Origin: Escherichia coli
Lineage (GTDB): Bacteria > Pseudomonadota > Gammaproteobacteria > Enterobacterales > Enterobacteriaceae
Reading direction: 5' to 3' (one strand)
DNA: 64,000 bases
Assembly: GCF_050320075.1 (NCBI RefSeq)
Contig: NZ_CP190018.1
Under the pieces are notes generated by a model. It was not told where the DNA came from. It did no database searches and worked only from the letters and a program-made list of their open reading frames with translations. Numbering within the stretch: the first letter of the stretch is position 1; every line of letters starts with the position of its first letter. Position numbers and translations under genes: made by a program. Of this stretch, positions 48,440 to 55,906 are shown in pieces.

Positions 48440-49045
48440 ATGAGCAAAGAATTTTACGCAAGACTGGCAGCTATTCAGGAGAATCTGAACGCGCCAAAGA
48501 ATCAGTACAACTCATTCGGTAAATATAAATACAGAAGCTGCGAAGACATTCTTGAAGGCGTTAAGCCGTTACTGAATGGCCTGTTTTTATCAATCAGCGA
48601 TGAAGTTGTGTTGATTGGTGATCGGTATTATGTGAAAGCCACGGCAACTATTACCGATGGCGAAAACAGTCATACGGCAACCGCACTAGCACGAGAGGAA
48701 GAAAGCAAGAAAGGAATGGATTCTGCACAAGTTACGGGGGCTACAAGCTCTTATGCACGCAAGTATTGCCTCAATGGTTTGTTCGGCATTGATGATGCGA
48801 AAGATGCAGATACCGACGAGCATAAACATCAGCAGAACGCAGCAGCAAAGCAATCAAAACCATCACCTACACCTGAACAGGTTCTAAAAGCATTCACTGA
48901 CGCAGCAATGCAGAAAAACACCGTAGAAGAGCTTAAACAGGCGTTCGCCAAAGCGTGGAAGATGCTCGAAGGGACGCCGGAGCAGCACAAAGCGCAGGAC
49001 GTTTACAACATCAGACGAGGCGAATTAGAAGGGGCAACTGCTTAA
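48440..49045 (+). CDS. erf: Erf single-strand annealing recombinase
   Basis: 201 aa from MSKEFYARLAAIQENLNAPKNQYNSFGKYKYRSCEDILEGVKPLL, very close to P22 Erf as recalled. Confidence 0.9.
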   Translation: MSKEFYARLAAIQENLNAPKNQYNSFGKYKYRSCEDILEGVKPLLNGLFLSISDEVVLIGDRYYVKATATITDGENSHTATALAREEESKKGMDSAQVTGATSSYARKYCLNGLFGIDDAKDADTDEHKHQQNAAAKQSKPSPTPEQVLKAFTDAAMQKNTVEELKQAFAKAWKMLEGTPEQHKAQDVYNIRRGELEGATA

Positions 49046-49428
49046 TGGCACATTCGATTACAGTAAGACTAAACAAGCCCGCAAGAGAGTTTCAGGCCGG
49101 GGAAAATATCGGATTCAACATCCGTGCTGGCGTTCAGTATTACGATCGCCAGACAAAAAAGAAAGAATGGACAAACTACAGCGCCGTTGTATTTGCCAAG
49201 CCGGGGGCGCAAGCGGATTACTACCGTAGTGTTCTTGTTGAAGGTGGCATTGTTGAAGTTACCGGAGAAAACATCAGGGTTGATGTTTATCAGGGGCAAA
49301 ATGGTCAATCAATCACTCTTGAATTACTGAATGCAAAGATTGGATTTGCAGCTTCAGGAAACAGCCAACAGCAGCAAAGTAGCAATCATCAAAATAATCC
49401 TGAATACGACGATTCAATTCCCTTCTAA
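49045..49428 (+). CDS. Phage single-stranded DNA-binding protein (OB-fold, acidic tail)
   Basis: 127 aa, TAATG-coupled to erf. A Gln-rich linker precedes the terminal DDSIPF, an SSB-type acidic tip. Confidence 0.65.
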   Translation: MAHSITVRLNKPAREFQAGENIGFNIRAGVQYYDRQTKKKEWTNYSAVVFAKPGAQADYYRSVLVEGGIVEVTGENIRVDVYQGQNGQSITLELLNAKIGFAASGNSQQQQSSNHQNNPEYDDSIPF

Positions 49429-49451
49429 ATTAGCAAAATAAGGATTCCATT

Positions 49452-49748
49452 ATGCCAGCGCCTCTGTATGGTGCGGATGACCCGCGCCGCTGTTCCGGCA
49501 ATTCCGTATCGGAGGTGCTGGATAAATTCAGAAAAAACTACGATCGGATAATGTCGCTACCGCAGGAAACGAAAAAGGAAAAGGAATTTCGCCACTGTAT
49601 ATGGCTTGCAGAGAAAGAAGAACGCGAGCTAATTTACCAGACATCAATCCGACCATTCCGCAAAGCCACATATACCCACTTCCCTGAATATATCGACCCG
49701 CGCCTGCGTAATTACCGCTCACGCTATGGCGCTATCAGTAATGACTGA
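49452..49748 (+). CDS. Abc2-like (anti-RecBCD) candidate
   Basis: 98 aa in the erf-proximal position where P22 carries abc genes. The N-terminus MPAPLYGADDPRR is recalled as Abc2-like, but this was not verified. Confidence 0.4.
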   Translation: MPAPLYGADDPRRCSGNSVSEVLDKFRKNYDRIMSLPQETKKEKEFRHCIWLAEKEERELIYQTSIRPFRKATYTHFPEYIDPRLRNYRSRYGAISND

Positions 49749-49758
49749 GGAATTAACA

Positions 49759-50049
49759 ATGAAAACAATGAAGATAAACATCGACCTCGGAAAATACGTT
49801 ATTACCGGAACCAAACACGATCTGATTCTTAGTGAAAGAGGAATTATCAAAGAAGGCGAGAATGCAGGGAAAGAAACACTAAGCCGTATCGGTTATTACA
49901 GCAAGTTTGAGCATCTGGTTAAAGAATTATGCAACCGTGAAATCCTGTTATCTCAGGCGCAGACGCTACAGGATATTCAGCAACATATCGAGAATTTAGG
50001 TGTGTCACTTAGCATGGCTATTGACCAGTTCGTGGAGAGTAAATCATGA
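49759..50049 (+). CDS. Hypothetical early protein
   Basis: 96 aa from [10 protein letters not shown], with a GAGGA SD 7 nt upstream. Confidence 0.45.
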   Translation: MKTMKINIDLGKYVITGTKHDLILSERGIIKEGENAGKETLSRIGYYSKFEHLVKELCNREILLSQAQTLQDIQQHIENLGVSLSMAIDQFVESKS

Positions 50050-50210
50050 GAGGACTTGCATACAATCCCGGCATTCTTCCGGCAGAAATGATTATTCGCC
50101 AACGCGTAAAGCCAATGCCATCGAGAGAGGAATTGCTCAAGAGAAATTCTTTTCCGTCAGTAAATCAAAACAAATATCTGAATGCGATGTGGCGGAGTGG
50201 GAAGAAATGA
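50046..50210 (+). CDS. Hypothetical small early protein
   Basis: 54 codons, ATGA-coupled at both ends. Too short for the ORF track. Confidence 0.35.
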   Translation: MRGLAYNPGILPAEMIIRQRVKPMPSREELLKRNSFPSVNQNKYLNAMWRSGKK

Positions 50211-50647
50211 AACAAATGTCACTAATTGAGATGGATGGTTTTCTGAAAGGTAAATGCATCCCAAGTGATTTAAAGGTTAACGAAACAAACGCTGAATATC
50301 TTGTCCGTAAGTTCGGTGAACTTGAATCAAAACTCAACGAGCAGCGTGAGTATTACGAAGGTGTTATCTCGGATGGGAGTAAGCGTATTGCAGAACTGGA
50401 AAGCAACGAAGTCCATGAAGACGGAAATCAGTTTCTTGTTGTTCGCCACCCCGGGAAATCTCCGGTAATCAAGCACTGCACTGGTGACCTGGAAGAGTTT
50501 CTGCGGAAGTTAATCGAACAAGACCCGTTAGTAACTATCGACATCATTACGCATCGCTATTACGGGATTGGCGGTCAATGGGTTCAGGATGCAGTTGAGT
50601 ATCTGCATATGATGTCTGAAGCTGGCATTCGCATCAAAGGAGAGTGA
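50207..50647 (+). CDS. Hypothetical early protein
   Basis: 146 aa from [12 protein letters not shown]. The upstream part of the 215-aa ORF-track entry overlaps two other genes. Confidence 0.45.
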   Translation: MKQMSLIEMDGFLKGKCIPSDLKVNETNAEYLVRKFGELESKLNEQREYYEGVISDGSKRIAELESNEVHEDGNQFLVVRHPGKSPVIKHCTGDLEEFLRKLIEQDPLVTIDIITHRYYGIGGQWVQDAVEYLHMMSEAGIRIKGE

Positions 50648-50648
50648 T

Positions 50649-51728
50649 ATGAGCACTATCACTAAAGAACGTATCGAATTGTTCATTAAATCCCCGCTTG
50701 AAAACGGGCTTACCCGTGGCGAACAAATGGAACTGGCACGAATTGCACTGGCATCACTGGAACGCGAACAGATTCGCCACGAGCATGCCAAATGGTCTGA
50801 CTCCACATTTGGCTGCGTTGGCCCCATTGGTCCACTGAAACACCTCTCAAAAGAGGCACTGGAAGCCGCAGCCGAACCAGACGATCTTAGCGAGTGGGCT
50901 GATATGCAGTTTCTGTTGTGGGATGCACAGCGCCGTGCTGGCATCAGCGATGCTGAAATTACCGCTGCTATGGAAGATAAATTGAAGATCAACATGGAGC
51001 GCCAGTGGCCTGAACCAAAAGATGGTGAGCCTCGCTTGCACATTAAAGAACCCGGCAACTCTCCGGTAATTCCGGATGGTTTATCCACGGTATGCGCTGA
51101 GGCTTATCAGGTTGTAGGAGTTATGGCAGATGCGCTTGGTGTATTCGGTGATGCAGCAGTACAGAAAGTTCTGGATAACCTGTCACAGCAAAAACTTGTT
51201 CACAGAGATGTGCTGCCGTTCTCGCTTCCGGTGACTCCGGATGGTTGGATAAGCTGTAGTGAGCGAATGCCTGTAATTGGCGAGCTAAATTGGAGAACTA
51301 GTTTTCCTTTACTGGTTACGTGTGAGATCGGCGTTATACCTGCTTATTACGGCTTTGTGAGCGTTAATGGTGATAGGCATTATGGCTTTATGGAGAGTCT
51401 TAAATACGGAGACGATAACGGCAACCATCCTCAAACTAATGAATATGGTCTGATTAGCAATGTCACACACTGGATGCCACTACCAGAACGCCGCAGGAGT
51501 CGAACAGTGAATAATGCAGAGTTATTTCAGAAAATTTCGGCTCTCGCGACTGAATGCCACGCTATAGCATCTGAGCTTGATGTTGGCGATGAACGAACCG
51601 AGATGTTCGAAATATACAGTGTGCTGCGCAATCTCTGTCGGCGTGGCTACGCCACTCAAGTAGGGCGAATGACTAACCCACTACTCTCATTCTGTGATGA
51701 GGATGACTCGGATGAGGATGACGAATGA
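50649..51728 (+). CDS. EaA-like protein (DUF550-like N-terminal, DUF551-like C-terminal regions)
   Basis: 359 aa. N-terminal HEHAKWSDSTFGCVGPIGPLKHLSKEALEAAAEP...EWADMQFLLWDA and C-terminal GWISCSERMP...THWMPLPE resemble P22-group ea proteins. Confidence 0.55.
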   Translation: MSTITKERIELFIKSPLENGLTRGEQMELARIALASLEREQIRHEHAKWSDSTFGCVGPIGPLKHLSKEALEAAAEPDDLSEWADMQFLLWDAQRRAGISDAEITAAMEDKLKINMERQWPEPKDGEPRLHIKEPGNSPVIPDGLSTVCAEAYQVVGVMADALGVFGDAAVQKVLDNLSQQKLVHRDVLPFSLPVTPDGWISCSERMPVIGELNWRTSFPLLVTCEIGVIPAYYGFVSVNGDRHYGFMESLKYGDDNGNHPQTNEYGLISNVTHWMPLPERRRSRTVNNAELFQKISALATECHAIASELDVGDERTEMFEIYSVLRNLCRRGYATQVGRMTNPLLSFCDEDDSDEDDE

Positions 51729-52108
51729 TGCATAAATCAGTAGCCGGTGAGTTTCAGAAGGAAGTCGATAATACCACTGATCTATTGGACGATATTTTAA
51801 GCATTCTCGCGCTGCTTGAGGCTGGCGATTGGTCAGAACATTGCACTAAAACAGAGCTAGGCGGTCGGCTTGAAAGAGAGATTACACGACTGATTAGCGA
51901 TGCCCAAAATGATTTGTCACCTGAGCATCTCCCCTGCGATGTAGTTCTTGTGCCAGGGATGAGGATACACGAAGGCGTCAGAACGAAAACATTATTAACC
52001 GCATTACAGAGGAGAGCCGAACTAAGCTCGCGGATAAAGTTGATGCCATCCAAAATATTTGATGTCGTCAAATTTACGCCATCGCAACATACTGAGAGAG
52101 ATAAATGA
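51725..52108 (+). CDS. Hypothetical early protein
   Basis: 127-aa ORF, ATGA-coupled. Confidence 0.45.
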   Translation: MMHKSVAGEFQKEVDNTTDLLDDILSILALLEAGDWSEHCTKTELGGRLEREITRLISDAQNDLSPEHLPCDVVLVPGMRIHEGVRTKTLLTALQRRAELSSRIKLMPSKIFDVVKFTPSQHTERDK

Positions 52109-52731
52109 GCACGGTAGCGAACGATCTCACAGAAGATATTCTCAATGAAATTATTGCTGGTGCAAATACCTCGCTTGAGCAACTTCTTGCGTTAGCACTG
52201 AGAGCCGAACGTCGAGACAGAAATCGTTTTTATGAGCGATTACCAGGGAAGCGACCAGATAGATCGGATGAAGAAGGTTGCGATATAGACTACATGGAGC
52301 CTTCAGAGATTTATCAACTTGGTAAAGATGACGGCTGGAACGCTTATCACGATGCTGTGATGAAGTTGGATGAAAAAGTTAAACCTCTTTCTCGACCGGT
52401 AGATCACGGTTTCCGCGATAACTGCGAATGCTCTAGTTGCCAGACCACGACCCGTATTTGTTCCGAATTGACAGATAAGTCCAGCCTAATCTACGAAGTT
52501 AATGTAGGCGGTAATACATGGGTCGAATGCACAAGAGCTGCATACGTAAGAGCAAAAGACAAGGGTGAATTAACCAGAGTTGTTACCAATCACCCAAATA
52601 ATGAGCTTAAAGATCACCAGATTCGAGAACTGGTGAACGAGTTGAGAGATATTGCGGTTCAGTACCACGGAACGCAGCAATTGCGGGAGAAGATTGCCAG
52701 AGCAGTGAACAACTCAGTCCGTAAAAAATAA
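52105..52731 (+). CDS. Hypothetical early protein
   Basis: 208-aa ORF, ATGA-coupled. Followed by a hairpin at 52749-52773. Confidence 0.45.
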   Translation: MSTVANDLTEDILNEIIAGANTSLEQLLALALRAERRDRNRFYERLPGKRPDRSDEEGCDIDYMEPSEIYQLGKDDGWNAYHDAVMKLDEKVKPLSRPVDHGFRDNCECSSCQTTTRICSELTDKSSLIYEVNVGGNTWVECTRAAYVRAKDKGELTRVVTNHPNNELKDHQIRELVNELRDIAVQYHGTQQLREKIARAVNNSVRKK

Positions 52732-52786
52732 GCAATAGTACGATAAAGAGGCCCCATGCTCTTGATGGGGCCTGTAGCAACTAGCG

Positions 52787-52870
52787 TTATGGACGCTGGT
52801 TTACGTACTCAATGATCGCTTTGATAATCGCGAACATCGGCGGCACGATTTTGAACAGTAAGTTAACCAT
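52787..52870 (-). CDS. 27-aa hydrophobic peptide (candidate type I toxin)
   Basis: MVNLLFKIVPPMFAIIKAIIEYVNQRP. GAGG SD 6 nt upstream of the ATG. Convergent with the early operon. Too short for the ORF track. Confidence 0.35.
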   Translation of the reverse strand: MVNLLFKIVPPMFAIIKAIIEYVNQRP

Positions 52871-53117
52871 AACAGGCCTCACTTAGTTTTATCGCGCCTA
52901 GCTGCAAATACCTTTGGGCTTGCCTTTGCAGTTGCAATATCTGTAGTCGCCAGATACTTACGGCACGATTTCGAGTTAAGGTAAGGTTTTAGAGTCACCA
53001 AAAACCTGGACTTAAATCTTCTTTGAGAACAACGATGTTTAGTAAATGGTCATTATTACCTGGTATGACCACTCAACGTTTCTTGATGAATCCAGTACAT
53101 TCGGTTAATCTTAATTC

Positions 53118-53170
53118 AGTCGCCAGATACTTATGGCTCAGGAACAGAGCCGCAAACTCTGTTTCCTTTT
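53118..53170 (+). ncRNA. Candidate sRNA whose 5' end is complementary to the peptide-mRNA leader
   Basis: ttgatg -17 nt- taatct promoter-like sequence at 53083-53111. The 16-nt agtcgccagatactta (also at 52945-52960) sits at the predicted 5' end. Ends in the ggaacagag/ctctgtttcc hairpin plus TTTT. Confidence 0.3.
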
Positions 53171-53201
53171 AAAAAGCCCAGCCTAGTCAACTGGGCTTTT
53201 T
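53171..53201. terminator. Bidirectional hairpin terminator
   Basis: The aaaaagcccag...ctgggcttttt stem is flanked by A5 and T5 runs. Confidence 0.6.
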
Positions 53202-53496
53202 AATGTCTATTTTTAACCCAATGAACCTTCAATACCGTAACATCAGTGTCTTGCGAATTAAGATAGTGTGTATAGGTTATGCATGCAAGTACATAACTCT
53301 GTGGATAACTCAGGAAGGAAAAAGTAGCTCCCGCGCAATTTAGGCCAGACAAGGCTTTCGCAAAAGTCAACAGAGAGAAAAAATTTGTTAAAAATAACGT
53401 TTGTTGGAATTGTATATATTTATGCCTTTCAATAGTTAGCATCTTATTAACATCTTTTTTAAGAGATAGAGTTCAAAAATATATAGCTTCAACATA

Positions 53497-53516
53497 TACT
53501 GTATGTGTATACAGTA
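53497..53516. promoter_or_regulatory. LexA (SOS) box
   Basis: tactgtatgtgtatacagta is a perfect TACTG-N10-CAGTA palindrome, 17 nt upstream of the umuD'-like start codon. Confidence 0.85.
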
Positions 53517-53532
53517 TTAAGAGGCGAGTATT

Positions 53533-53922
53533 ATGGGCTTCCCTTCTCCTGCGGCGGATTATGCTGAGAGCCGTATTTCTCTTGATCAGCAGATAATTAG
53601 ACATCCTTCAGCGACCTACTTCATGAGGGCAGCTGATAGTCATCATCGTGAGGGAATATTACAGGGTGCATTGCTGGTGGTCGATTCCTCACTTACCCCG
53701 GTTGATGGTTCTCTGCTTGTATGCGCTCTGGATGGGGAATATCGCGTAAAAAGATACCGGAAGTATCCACGTCAGCATCTGGAGGATTTAAGAACCGGTA
53801 AGAAGGAAGCATTGCCAAAGGATGACGATGGATGCACGGGCAGCAATGCCGTGTTTGGTGTGATCACTCACATTATCAACGACGCAAGAAGTGGCGAGTT
53901 TGATGATTGTCCCGTGATGTAG
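53533..53922 (+). CDS. UmuD'-like S24-family protein lacking the N-terminal cleavable arm
   Basis: 129 aa beginning MGFPSPAADY, i.e. at the residue after the UmuD Cys24-Gly25 cleavage site. DS (Ser) and VKR (Lys) align with UmuD Ser60/Lys97. No umuC in the window. Confidence 0.75.
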   Translation: MGFPSPAADYAESRISLDQQIIRHPSATYFMRAADSHHREGILQGALLVVDSSLTPVDGSLLVCALDGEYRVKRYRKYPRQHLEDLRTGKKEALPKDDDGCTGSNAVFGVITHIINDARSGEFDDCPVM

Positions 53923-54227
53923 GAGAACTGATTAGGCGGTGCAATGCACCGCCTTTTTATCACACTGCGCGGAATGCGATTTCGCCAGGTATTACTTCAC
54001 CTTGCCAATACATTTGGACAGCAGACTTTCGGCGATGCGTTGCACTTGTTGAGCAGATTCCAGAAATCAGAGATTCATTCGACAAGGTTGCAAAGCGCGT
54101 TCCGGCATTCAAAGGAATCCTCAACGAATGGGATTCCCTCGTTGATCTGTTGAAGTCTGAAATGAAGATACACGGAAACAAAGCACCAGAGACTTACAGA
54201 AGAATTAGCGAGTTACGCAAGGACTAA
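53907..54227 (+). CDS. Hypothetical protein (eaC position)
   Basis: 106-aa ORF between the umuD'-like gene and xis. Confidence 0.4.
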   Translation: MSRDVGELIRRCNAPPFYHTARNAISPGITSPCQYIWTADFRRCVALVEQIPEIRDSFDKVAKRVPAFKGILNEWDSLVDLLKSEMKIHGNKAPETYRRISELRKD

Positions 54228-54317
54228 CCACAGCCTCATACTCGATGAGGCCTGTTCATTGCTCAATGATATCCAGACCTACCGCAATAATACCAATCCA
54301 ATAAATGGAGATTCCAG

Positions 54318-54665
54318 GTGGAAGAAGAAATCTTCACTCGTGAAGAGGCAGCGTCGTATCTGAAGGTAGACAAAGGCACTATCACGCAGTGGATACGAAG
54401 TGGACGACTTCAGGCCGCAAAGATAAATCCAGATAAACCTAAAAGCCCATATCGCATTTGCAAGTCAGACTGCATTGCGGCGCTTAAGTCTGTGAGACAC
54501 AATAGCGCGGTGAATGCGGTTGATGTGCAGGAGGTTAAAGCATGTCAATCAAACTACGCGGTGGCACGTGGCACTGCGATTTCGTCGCGCCAGATGGATC
54601 AAGAGTTAGACGCTCTCTTGAAACATCGGACAAAAGGCAAGCGCAAGAACTTCACGATCGTCTGA
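54318..54665 (+). CDS. xis: Excisionase (P22 Xis-like)
   Basis: 115 aa, GTG start. HTH REEAASYLKVDKGTITQWIRSGRLQAAK and a C-terminal HRTKGKRKNF, as in P22 Xis. Overlaps the int start. Confidence 0.85.
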   Translation: MEEEIFTREEAASYLKVDKGTITQWIRSGRLQAAKINPDKPKSPYRICKSDCIAALKSVRHNSAVNAVDVQEVKACQSNYAVARGTAISSRQMDQELDALLKHRTKGKRKNFTIV

Positions 54666-55702
54666 AAGCAGAAGCGTGGAGAGTAAAAAATCTCGGGGAA
54701 TCACCGAAAAAGCTATTCAAGGAAGCCTGCATACGGTGGCTGCGTGAGAAATCGGATAAGAAGTCCATTGATGATGACAAGAGCATTATATCGTTCTGGA
54801 TGTTGCACTTCAGAGAAGCCATTCTCTCTGACATAACAACAGAAAAAATAATGGAGGCGGTAGATGGGATGGAAAACCGCCGCCATCGCCTGAACTGGGA
54901 GATGAGCCGGGACAGGTGTTTGCGACTTGGCAATCCGGTGCCGGAGTATAAACCAAAGCTTGCAAGCAAAGGAACGAAGACGAGGCATCTGGCAATACTT
55001 CGCGCCATTCTCAATATGGCTGTTGAATGGGGATGGCTTGACAGGGCACCCAAAATATCAACACCACGCGTTAAGAATGGACGCATCAGATGGCTTACAG
55101 AGGAGGAATCGAAGCGCCTGTTTGCAGAAATTGCTCCTCACTTCTTCCCTGTGGTCATGTTTGCAATCACGACAGGCCTTCGCCGTTCCAACGTTACAGA
55201 CCTTGAGTGGTCACAGGTCGATCTGGATAAGAAAATGGCATGGATACACCCTGATGAAACAAAAGCTGGCAATGCGATCGGAGTTCCTCTTAACGAAACC
55301 GCATGCCAGATATTAAGAAAACAGCAGGGGCTCCATAAGAGATGGGTATTTGTCCACACCAAACCTGCCTACCGAAGCGACGGAACAAAAACAGCAGCGG
55401 TAAGGAAGATGAGAACCGACAGCAACAAGGCATGGAAGGGAGCGTTAAAGCGGGCAGGCATTAGTAACTTCCGCTTCCATGATCTGAGGCATACCTGGGC
55501 AAGCTGGCTGGTTCAGTCCGGTGTCTCTCTTCTTGCACTTAAAGAGATGGGAGGATGGGAAACTCTCGAAATGGTTCAAAGATACGCCCACCTTTCAGCC
55601 GGGCATCTCACCGAGCACGCAAGCAAAATCGATGCGATTATAAGTCGCAATGGCACAAATACGGCACAAGAGGAGAACGTGGTGTATTTAAATATGGGGT
55701 AA
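54542..55702 (+). CDS. int: Tyrosine integrase (P22 Int-like, thrW-specific)
   Basis: 386 aa with DKRQAQELHDRLKAEAWRV near the N-terminus and HDLRHTWASW...RYAHL catalytic motifs. The stop is 14 nt before the thrW 3' end. Confidence 0.95.
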   Translation: MSIKLRGGTWHCDFVAPDGSRVRRSLETSDKRQAQELHDRLKAEAWRVKNLGESPKKLFKEACIRWLREKSDKKSIDDDKSIISFWMLHFREAILSDITTEKIMEAVDGMENRRHRLNWEMSRDRCLRLGNPVPEYKPKLASKGTKTRHLAILRAILNMAVEWGWLDRAPKISTPRVKNGRIRWLTEEESKRLFAEIAPHFFPVVMFAITTGLRRSNVTDLEWSQVDLDKKMAWIHPDETKAGNAIGVPLNETACQILRKQQGLHKRWVFVHTKPAYRSDGTKTAAVRKMRTDSNKAWKGALKRAGISNFRFHDLRHTWASWLVQSGVSLLALKEMGGWETLEMVQRYAHLSAGHLTEHASKIDAIISRNGTNTAQEENVVYLNMG

Positions 55703-55716
55703 CTACTTGATTTAAA

Positions 55717-55792
55717 TGGTGCCGATAATAGGAGTCGAACCTACGACCTTCGCATTACGAATGCGCTGCTCTACCAACTGAGCTATATCGGC
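55717..55792 (-). tRNA. thrW: tRNA-Thr (CGU)
   Basis: The 76-nt reverse complement reads GCCGATATAGCTCAGTTGGTAGAGCAGCGCATTCGTAATGCGAAGGTCGTAGGTTCGACTCCTATTATCGGCACCA, a cloverleaf with a CGT anticodon and encoded CCA. Confidence 0.95.
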
Positions 55793-55906
55793 CCTGAAAG
55801 GACATGTTCACGAACGTGAATCACGGTGGACAAGGTTAAAACTAACCGGGCGATGCGTCAATGGCCTTGTGAATCAAATGGCTACTTTTGCATCACCCGG
55901 TTTTAT

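Larger units (their letters stand above)
16850..55716. mobile_element. P22/Sf6-like podovirus prophage with lambda-like regulatory/lysis modules (~38.9 kb)
   Basis: Bounded by the 46-nt att duplicate and thrW. Contains int/xis, an early-left operon, an immunity region, replication and nin genes, Q, a lysis cassette, terS/terL/portal/scaffold/coat, gp4/10/26/14/7/20/16 analogues, mnt, tailspike and an acyltransferase. Confidence 0.9.

Noticed and set aside
50528-51088. A 186-aa minus-strand ORF across the ea genes.
   Set aside because: It is antisense to two tightly coupled plus-strand genes. It is Ser/Cys/Arg-rich with no RBS.
53200-53442. An 80-aa minus-strand ORF divergent from the umuD'-like gene.
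   Set aside because: It is very AT-rich, has no convincing RBS, and its composition is low-complexity and non-protein-like. The region is better explained as promoter, terminator and sRNA space.
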